Shown here: positions 1 through 8,687 of the stretch, in pieces
How positions within the stretch are numbered: position 1 is the stretch's first letter
Layout: the number at the start of each line of letters is the position of its first letter
NCBI GenBank assembly: GCA_015680685.1
Contig: MNCI01000001.1
Coordinates: forward strand, 378,524-442,523
Length of the DNA stretch: 64,000 nt
Direction: 5' to 3'
DNA from: Gnetum montanum
Lineage: Eukaryota > Plantae > Gnetophyta
Made by a program: the position numbers and the translations under genes
The notes under the pieces: model-generated
What the model saw: the letters and a program-made list of their open reading frames with translations, nothing else
What the model was told of the DNA's origin: nothing
Databases searched by the model: none

Positions 1-620
1 TATCATTTGTTATCATTTTGACATCATTCGGTGTCATTCAATCCCATTTTGCACCATTATGACATCATTTGACCCTTTTTGGTGTTATCTGACATTGTTT
101 TACATCATTTTGGCATCATTTGGTATCATGTGACATCGTTTGGTGTTATTTTTCATTATGTTGACTTCATTTGGCCCTATTGAAGACCATTCAACATTGT
201 TTTACAACATCTTGACATCATTTTCTTCATCATTATGATTTCATTTGATATTATTTGACAACATTTTACAACATTTTAACATCATTTAGTATCATTTTTG
301 ACATCATTTGGCCTTCCTTTTCCATCTTTAATAACATTTGCCATCATTTGACCATGTTTGGCCTCATTTTACCATTATTTGGTGTTATTTTGCATGATTT
401 TAACCCTCATTTGGCCTTTACTCCACATCATTTGGCATCATTTGGCTCTAGTTCCATCTTGTTCCATATTTATTTACCTTTTATGGCCTTTCTTTACCAT
501 GCTATGATCTTATCATGCCATGTTGAGCCTTATTCTACTATGTTTGCGCTTACTTTGCATTATTTTGCTCTGTTATTACAACTTTTTGGAATTATCTTAG
601 CAGTTTTTAATAATTTTATC
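1..620. repeat. Degenerate 10-11-bp tandem repeat (consensus about TGACATCATT(T)/TGGCATCATT), fading after ~470; runs off the window start
   Basis: Recurring units such as tatcatttg, gacatcattt, tggcatcatt, tggtatcatg, tgacatcgtt, gacatcatttt about every 10-11 bp. ORF 255-626 is a by-product of this low complexity. Confidence 0.6.
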
Positions 621-3600
621 ATGTAGATGTCACTTGATATGCTTATGTTGACATGCAATATTGAGCTACGAACATGATGAAGCAATTTAATTAGGCTTAG
701 AGCTTAAATGGATCTTTCTTCTGATGTTGTTTGATTAAATGATCTTGAATACTTAAGCCTTAAACATGTAAACCATTGATCATGTAGCCTTAACACCCTA
801 GAATGTCTTAACTATCCTTAACATTGAAAATCAAAAATGTCTCGAAGGATTCCTTGGTCAAATTCCCCATTTCAAACCATGATGGTAAGTAAAAAATGCA
901 TGAAACCACATTCCTTGCCAGAACTTAAGTTTGCTCAAGACATCATCAAATCCCTACAAGTCAACATTGAAGCCTTTGGATGATCTTAATTACATCTAAT
1001 GTTAACAGATTTGCTATTAGTCTTCATTGTCTTTGTTTGTAGATTGGAACAAGCACCGGATGTTGATTGACCTCATGACCTATAACAAGCAAGCCTACAT
1101 GATCTCTTATTTCTTTTTGGCATTTCAAAGCACTGCAAACTTTGTATGGATCTATTAAACAAAATATATATTTCTCATGTTCTACCAATTATAACCTATA
1201 ATGTCATGTATCTATTGGTTGTCACATATATCCTTATGCAAATCTCTTATAATTACATGTATTTTTTTCTTTTTTTTTCTTTTGACTTTTCTTCTTGTCC
1301 TCTTGGAGTTGTGCTTGTAGAATGAAGCTAGGATCCATTGCAGAGGTGTGACTCATCACAGTAGTGAGTCACCACGTGATCTCAATACACAAGATTCAAT
1401 TAGCTTATCTAATTGTGATAATAGTGCTTACATCACATCACTTTTGTACCATATCCCTGTACCCAAACTACAACCTTCCTTATCTTGATAATGATGAAGA
1501 CCTATGTTTCACATCCATGCACCATGGCCATGTGACATCTCCTTCAACATTTTCTACCATAAATTTCATTTAATGTAACATTATCTTATTCATTGAGAAA
1601 GCAAAAGAAAATTCAGCCTTAGCAATGAAACCCAATGAAGGTTTCACCCCTCAAAAAATGGGGAAGCAAATTACAAAGAAAGCCAAGAGGCCAATGTAGC
1701 CTTCAACTAATCAAGTCAATAGCTCTAAAACAAAAGAACCAAGTGGCCAACGAAGCCCACAGATGGAGTGCTAGTTCCTCTAACACACTATCGAGTAATC
1801 AACAATTCAAGAATGAAGCATGAAAAGCTCCTCAATCAACAAAAATATTATTGCCATACCATTGCCATCATGTCAACATTTGGAATTCTTTGTTAGCCCA
1901 TGTAATCATTTGAATAGCCAAAGTGATCATCCCAATAGCTGAATATAACCTTTATCTCATCTTACACTTAAAACATTACATTTTGACCTCATTTCACCAT
2001 CATGAGTACTCCTTAGCATGATTCAATAACTAAAGAATCAAGTGCAGAGAGAAAGCATTAATGATGCATCTGTAGTGGTATTTTACATTCTTTGTTGATG
2101 TCTCTTGGGACTATCCTCCAAACACTAACAAAGGGGAACCAATGAAATACCTTTAAAAAATTCATGTGAAAGCTTTAGTAGCCAAAATTAATATTGTAAT
2201 TTAATGAGAATTTAAAGGTAGAAATAATTACCTTACTTCCCATTAAAAACCCTAACCTATGGCCTTGTTCCATTAAACCTTTATGCTATTTTTAATGTGT
2301 AAAATGAAATTTACAGCCCATAAGTATGAATTTCATTTATGCCAATGTGTGAAAGCCCAGAAAGTTAAAAACATTGCCAAATTTGGCACTAAAAGCCAAA
2401 AACGTTAGTAGTTCACAAGCTACAAATTTGAGCCATTAAAATGGCCCAAAACACCATCAAATTTGGCAGCAAAAGTCTCACATGTTACCAACTCATGTGT
2501 AGCAATTTTTTACTATGAAAATAGCCCAAATACATTGTCAAATGTGATACGAAAGGCTTCACAAGTTAGTGGCCCATACACTGTAGTTTTGGATGGTGAA
2601 AAGTACCATATATGTTGGTATTTTATGCCCAAAAATTCAAAAACATTGGTCGCTCACACATTGAATATTTTAGCAACAAAAAACATAAAAAATTTTATAG
2701 GGGATGTCAGAAATTTGCTAGAATCAAGTCAACAAAGAATCAGTTAATGTGTAGCCTAATTAAATCAAATCATCATGATTTTGAGGACTTTTGGATTTTT
2801 GCAACTCTTTCAAACTTGAGACTTTTGAGAGACAGAGATATTCAAGAGTCCAAAGCCATTTTCAAGAGTAGATTACCTAAAGCACCAAGATCTATTGCAA
2901 AATAAACAAACTATGCACACTTGGGAGGATCACAAGATGCACACTACCCACCCATAGGCCAGATTATCATCATCATTGTCAAGGAGTTGTGGAACAACTG
3001 CAATTCCACATCTTATGCTCTCTAAACTTTGTACTTTTCATAGAAATAAAAAAAAATTTACATTGTTTTGCATATTTTCTTTGTATTTTTTACAACTATA
3101 CTTTGGTGTTAGCTCTATTCATTATGCATCTTCTCATTTGCTTTTATCATAATTTCAACCCACTAATAGACCCCCATAAGTTCTCAAGCAATCAACAAGA
3201 CTATTTGAGGCACTTTGGATCCTTTTTGAAGGCCCTTGGATCTAAGGTTAAACTATTACACATTGGGATTTTTAGTTTTTTCAACATTGAATTTTTTAGT
3301 TATTATATATTTCTCTAGAATTCAAGAATAAATGATGTTGATGGATAGCATTGGTCAAGAACCACATTTTACAAATTACTCTGCAATGATTAATGAAGAT
3401 GGGTCGACAACATTCTTCATTGAGACTTTGGATTATATTTGGTATGATGCCCAATTATTTCAAGTTACCAAGTTACTAGAGTTGATTTCTAAAGAAGAAG
3501 TTGAGAAGAATCAAGAGTAAGCCTTGCCATCCCAAACAAGACCATCCAATCATATATTACTTATGGTAGAATTACAATTACTCCCATCAGTTCATAATGT

Positions 3601-4009
3601 TGATCAAGATTAAGAAGTATCTCACTCTTACTTTTATTTGATGATCTTATTATTTTATTCATTGTTTAATTTATATTTCAATTATATTAATAAAATATCT
3701 AAGAAAATGCAAGTTGGAATAAAGAATTTGCCTTGCTTTCACTTGGATAACTAGATACGAGTTGCACATTGTATGACCATGGTTAGAATTGGTGATTTGT
3801 AGTTGGTAGATCTTTAATTTACTTCTTATTGTTATCTTAGAAAAATGAAGTAAGTATCAAGAAAGTAATATTTAATTTTTCATAAATTTCTCTCACATAT
3901 ATTTTGTTTATAGAATAAGCAAGAAATAATTTCAAAGTTTAGAGGAGAAATCAAATTATTGGAGCATAGAATCATTGGAGTTGGAAAAACATAAAGAACA
4001 TGGACTCAT

Positions 4010-4630
4010 TCGAGGACGAACAAAACCTTGGGGGGGGGTTTAGATTATCACATCCCCATTCCCAAATGATGTTGCTAACTAATGAAGATGGTATCTCTTC
4101 ATAACAAGTGTTATTGTCATCTTAACAAGACTCAAAAGGATAGTTGTGATTAAGACTTGAAAGGGTGCATTGTAATAACAGACATGTCTCTTAAGGTAAC
4201 TATTGGGGGTTTGACCTAAGGCATTTATACTCAGGGTTAGAGGTTGTGCTAGCATGAAATGGTGGAGCTAGTACAAGTAAGTCATTGGGTGGCAAAGATG
4301 ATATAGGTAAGTCATAGGAAGCTAAGTGAAGTAGGACAAGAAGTGGACTAGCCATCCCTTTTGGCCAAGTTATAGGCCTAACTATGGTGGTAGTGCTAGA
4401 TTGCCTCTAAGGGATAGATGCCAAAGTAAGAAAACCCCAAGGAACACTCTCAGAGCACGATCCATATACACTTTTTTATATCAATAAAGCATTCTTTTCT
4501 TTCTCTTTCTACATTTTTCCTAGTATATCCCTTATACATAATGTCAAACATTGCATATATTTCACATTTGGTATATTTTCTTCATATGCATAATGTCTAA
4601 TATATCATATATTTGACATTTGCCATGACA
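4010..4630 (+). mobile_element. Probable Ty3/gypsy polypurine tract plus decayed 3' LTR (LTR about 4046-4630)
   Basis: CGAGGACGAACAAAACCTTGGGGGGGGG (4011-4038) resembles a gypsy PPT region. It is followed by TATCACATCCCC at 4046 (likely a mutated TGTCACATCCC LTR start). AATAAA lies near 4483 and a TGACA end at 4626-4630. No partner LTR is in the window. Confidence 0.4.
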
Positions 4631-4631
4631 T

Positions 4632-5116
4632 TTGGGGATAGGAAGTCACAACAATCTCCATCATATTGGAAAATTATTTTCTATTAGAAATGAAAAGCTT
4701 ACTCTTTCTTTGCAATATGTCAAAGTTAAATGGAGGTTTCAAAAACAAGATATTCCTATTTATGAACACATTGAGCATGTTCTCTTCAACTTTGGGGCAC
4801 TTGAAATACATAATGAAACTTCATGGTACGAAGATTGGTTTTATCCAGATAGTTCTCCTCTACATTCCCTTAGCATTTTTAAAGCTAAATTTTGGTTTCA
4901 CTTGCAAGAATTTCAATATTCTACTTTGAATAGGAGATGGAATGCACAATTGAAGGATCATCATTGAAAATCAATATTTCATTGTATGTGGAAATCAAAG
5001 GCCCAACCAAAGCATCAATTCTTATTCTAGTCCTTGATTTATCAAGGACTTTCCACTGGAAATAGGCTTCACTTTTAGAAATTGAATACCCTAAATGCAT
5101 CAATTGTCACATAGAA
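4632..5116 (+). pseudogene. L1-type LINE ORF2 C-terminal fragment (zf-RVT zinc-binding region), decayed
   Basis: Reading past the stop of ORF 4632-4967 gives HH*KSIFHCMWKSKAQPKHQFLF*SLIYQGLSTGNRLH, then after a frameshift EYPKCINCHIE. This matches the plant L1 zf-RVT pattern W..IW....PK...F.W......L.T..RL...CxxC..E, with both stops at Trp positions. Confidence 0.65.
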
Positions 5117-6502
5117 GTATTTTTTATGCATATTTTTTTAGGAATGCTCTTTTTCTAGATAAATTTGGAACTAGTGTCAGTCTCTTCAAATTTTTATTTC
5201 AAATCAATTTGTTAGTTTCCTATTATGTATCTTCAATAATGATTGTATTAGGCAGCACCTTTAAAAGGCTTAGAAGATGCTCATTTTCAAGATTATTTTC
5301 TTCATATAAAAGGCACATTAGATGCCTAGTATTAAAATACAAGTTATATTGAGTTTCATTAGGTATTCTATTGCTAGCTTAGTTCAACTTCTTAAAAAGT
5401 GCAATGTTAATAGTTTGATTTGGTTTTATTAGTAATTATCCGAGAGAGTACGATTTGCCTTCGTTGTTTTTATTTGCCTTTTTGTTTTTTTGTTTTTGCC
5501 TCTGTTTTATTTTTCTTTTTTTACAAAGTTATTGGAGGGTCACTTTGTAACCTTTTGCCCCGCACATGTTGCTCAAGGAAATGGTGGATGCAGCGAAAAT
5601 ACGTGGATATCAAAGATTTTGAAAGTTTAAGCTGAAGATTCCTTCTCCTTGTGAATTTAAGAGAAAGTAAATCAGAAACCTGGTGGCCGTGGTTCCTGGG
5701 ACCGGATTTGTCCAGGACGACTAACAGGTGGTAAAACGTAAAACACGGTAGTCGCCGATGATGATTAAACAAAAATGGATCGCATCCAAGATTGGGTAAC
5801 CTATTTTAACCATTTTAAACTGCAATTCATTGGTTCGAGAGTACAGACGGTATCATTGATCAACGGTGGATGAAGTGAATTGAATAAGGTGCACCTCAAC
5901 TTGCGCGCAAGTCCCTGCAACCACGTACCTTGTGATTACCCATTTCCATGTCGTATCTCCCACCACGACTCCACAGCACAGTACCACCACGCGCACCAAA
6001 TATCACATGCAAAAGTAGCAGCAGCTCATGATCCATCATCTATCCATGCATGTACAAGTTGGGTCCTTGCGCTGCATCATGCCTACTCGGTTGCCGACAC
6101 CCTGGTACATCGCACTCACTCCTTTTCTGCAAACTTTTTTGCTCCTTCTCATCCGATTGAGTGGCTGAGCTTTTTCTCAGATTAAGGTGATATCTTCAAG
6201 CTAGCCTGCGTGTTTAGGCTCCATGGTTGAACCCACAATTCAGTACTTAGTTTTCCAGTTGCCTTGGCTTTAATCCCAAAGCCAAACCCAGTACGAAACA
6301 ATGCAAATGGCTTTGCCTGGCAAACGCAGGCAGGCGGGCAATGATATGCGTTGAAGGGCAGACTGAGACTTGACAGCAATCCATCAATACAATGGTGTTA
6401 ACAGTTTTGTCTGCTTTGGGTTTAGCAGTGTGGACATTGGCCGCTAGGGTTGTGCTGGCGCTGTGCTGTTAGATGATTGACGCGTGGGGGTCCCCCGAAA
6501 GG

Positions 6503-6614
6503 GTGAGTGCCTGATAAATATCATGATTTTAAACGATAAAATGGCAGCCACGGTTGTTGCTTCAGACAAGGTGCGAGGCAAAGCAGTGGTAGGCTTGGCA
6601 TATTATTTTCTCAG
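6503..6614 (+). other. Candidate 5'-UTR intron (112 nt)
   Basis: Strong donor AGG|GTGAGT at 6503 and pyrimidine-rich acceptor TATTATTTTCTCAG| ending 6614, 16 nt before an ATG in good context (GCAATGGC, 6631). No transcript evidence. Confidence 0.4.
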
Positions 6615-6630
6615 TTTTGTTTCGTTTGCA

Positions 6631-6932
6631 ATGGCAACTGCATCTTCTGGGGCTGCAATGAGTGCTGCCAGTGAGAGAGAGAGGGAGAGGGAGCAGAGGG
6701 AGCAGACGCAGACGCAGGAGCAGGTACAGGGGAAGCAACAGCGCAGGGCAAAGAAACGAGGGCGAGTGGAGCTCAAGCGGATCGAGAACAAAGTAAATCG
6801 ACAAGTGAGTTTCTCCAAGCGTAGGAATGGGCTGATGAAGAAGGCGTACGAGCTTTCGGTTCTGTGCGATGCCCAGCTCGCGCTTATCGTCTTCTCCAAC
6901 CATGGCAAGCTCTACCAGTATTCCTCTACCAG
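6631..6932 (+). CDS. Type II (MIKC-type) MADS-box transcription factor, first coding exon: ~40-aa N-terminal extension plus complete MADS domain (6751-6932)
   Basis: Translation [60 protein letters not shown] is a MEF2-like MADS domain. It ends at AG|GTACGC, the conserved phase-2 intron position after the MADS box in MIKC genes. Alternative in-frame ATGs exist at 6523, 6541 and 6658. Subfamily not assigned. Confidence 0.93.
6673..6723 (+). repeat. GA-rich / hexamer microsatellite inside the MADS N-terminal extension ([17 protein letters not shown])
   Basis: gagagagagagggagagggagcagagggagcagacgcagacgcaggagcag read directly. Confidence 0.75.
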
Positions 6933-7392
6933 GTACGCCGTTCAAATCAACTGAACTCGTCTCAAACCTGTTATTATTGTTGTCATCATCATCATTATAA
7001 TTTTTTGCGTCGGATTACCATTAAATCTCCTCTATCCCTTCGACGGTCATCGCCGTATTTCTCGTCAAACTTATCCTCTGTTAGTGTTTATTTCTGTGAG
7101 CGCGCGTAAAATGTTAACCTGAATGCTAGGCTGCGATAATCAACGGCTAGTTTGTTAACCTGAATTACGGTTGTTCAGCAGATCCAGAGATAATGTCTTC
7201 TATAAATTTTGAGAAAGTGTTTGCTTGACGGACCGAATTCGATTTCAAAAGATTCTGTATCAAGTTTTGATGAGAGGAATTGGAAGTGGGCTGCAGCATG
7301 AAAGTCGGTAATGATAAAAACATCCAACCATTACATTATAATCTCGAGAATTGAAAGGATTTATATACCCTGATGACTATTTCGACTCCATA

Positions 7393-8555
7393 GATTTATA
7401 TAGGTATATAAGTTTACAAACTTTAGGTGGAAGAAAATAATATATTGAAAAAGGAAATTCAAATTTTTATATAATATATAAAAAATTATTCTTGAGAATA
7501 AGATACAAAATATGAGAAAATAAAAACACTGAAAAAATCACTTGAGAAGAAAAAACTGGCTTATCTTCTTTTCCTGAAAACTATTGACTTGAACATTTTA
7601 TTTTCACAAATCCTTATTCAATTCACTGTTTTCAAAATGAATAAAGGACTAGTTGAAAATGAATAAAGGACTTGTTAACAACTAAGGACATTAATAGTTT
7701 AAAAACATTTTAAAAGTGCATTATGATTGTACATGATGAGAAATATAAACTTTTTTACAAAATCAAATATCATCATCCTCAGCCTTATCTTAATTACATA
7801 GGCATAGTTTTATTAGTTTTATTTTTCCTTTTTAACCAATTGCCCTTTGTTAAGACCTAAATTAATATTCATTTTCAATTTATTTTGGTTTTTCTTTGGT
7901 TATTTTCCCTCTACATCAAATAAAATTATATCTAATACATTTCCCTCTACATCAATTCATGTGCTAAATGGGAAACTTTAGATTTTTATAATTATTAACT
8001 AAAATTACAAGACATTTATTAGAGGTATTTCAAAGTTTCAAAATAATAAACCATAAGGATCTACCTCAAAAACCTTAAATCCTAGCCTAAACTTGCTACA
8101 ACTTAGATATAAAATAATAGATCAAAACCTCAAAATCTATCATAAACTTGCTAAATCCTCATGTCAAAAATAATAGATGGATAGATAACATGGAGAATCC
8201 TTAGATATATCCAATAACAAAACAATAAGCATAATAAATACATAAACTTGCTAAATGCAAATTCAAAATATGAGAAATTGATATATCTTTGCTACTTCAT
8301 GATTTGGTTAAATCTTAGGCTTCAATTTTCTTTTGAAACCTTAGCTTTAATCCTCACCTAGATAAGGATTTGCTAATGTATTAGACCTATTTACATCAAA
8401 AGGAAGGAAATTGATGTTTTGACAAACCTTCACCAATAGCATTTGAATCTACCCTTTTAGACATAAGCATTGCATCCCTTCTAATGCTTCAATTAGATGC
8501 ATACAGAAACCTCTAATGGTGAGTTAAGACAAATACTTAGGGTAAAGTGCTTATA
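7393..8555 (+). repeat. Short, internally deleted copy of the AT-rich repeat at 8683-14242
   Basis: 7393-7925 aligns to 8683-9233 and ~7973-8555 aligns to ~13661-14242 (roughly 80-88% identity by eye); the arms are joined by a ~47-bp filler. Confidence 0.8.
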
Positions 8556-8687
8556 GTTATAGGTATATACGTATATCCACTCAAATTTATTAGATGCATA
8601 CAAAAACCTCTAATGGTGAGTTAAGACAAATACTTAGGGCAAAGTGCTTATAGGTGTAGGTATATAAGTATATCCACTCAAATTTAT
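8494..8687 (+). repeat. 97-bp tandem duplication (2 copies: 8494-8590, 8591-8687)
   Basis: TAGATGCATACA(G/A)AAACCTCTAATGGTGAGTTAAGACAAATACTTAGGG...TATATCCACTCAAATTTAT occurs twice with few mismatches. Confidence 0.9.

Larger units (their letters stand above)
5440..7240. promoter_or_regulatory. CpG-rich, likely unmethylated promoter / 5' region of the MADS gene
   Basis: CG dinucleotides are frequent here (ttgcgcgcaa, gtcgccgatg, cgcgcgtaaa, cgacggtcatcgccg) and very rare in the flanks; GC content is also higher. Confidence 0.7.

Noticed and set aside
2375-2388. Palindrome TGCCAAATTTGGCA containing a perfect CArG box (possible autoregulation)
   Set aside because: 4.2 kb upstream within probable TE-derived AT-rich DNA, where CC(A/T)6GG is expected by chance.
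620-4000. Short ORFs and exon-like patches upstream of the PPT
   Set aside because: No recognisable motif; probably decayed internal sequence of the adjacent LTR element, but this cannot be supported.
6484-6954. Single-exon type I MADS gene as in the ORF track
   Set aside because: The domain is MEF2/type II-like and has the canonical donor at 6933; the ORF start is GTG and it ends 7 codons into the intron.
6562-7109. Overlapping ORFs 6562-6945(-), 6603-6908(-), 6864-7109(+)
   Set aside because: Shadow frames of a GC-rich exon with no recognisable domain.
7112-7165. 13-bp direct repeat TGTTAACCTGAAT (7112, 7153) in the intron 5' end
   Set aside because: Real but only two copies; no basis for function without conservation data.
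7297-7354. TGCAG|C ATG AAA could be MADS exon 2 (would give S-M-K...)
   Set aside because: The phase fits, but upstream is purine-rich with no pyrimidine tract, there is no I-domain xLERY-like motif, and a stop follows after 18 codons. At most a cryptic acceptor.
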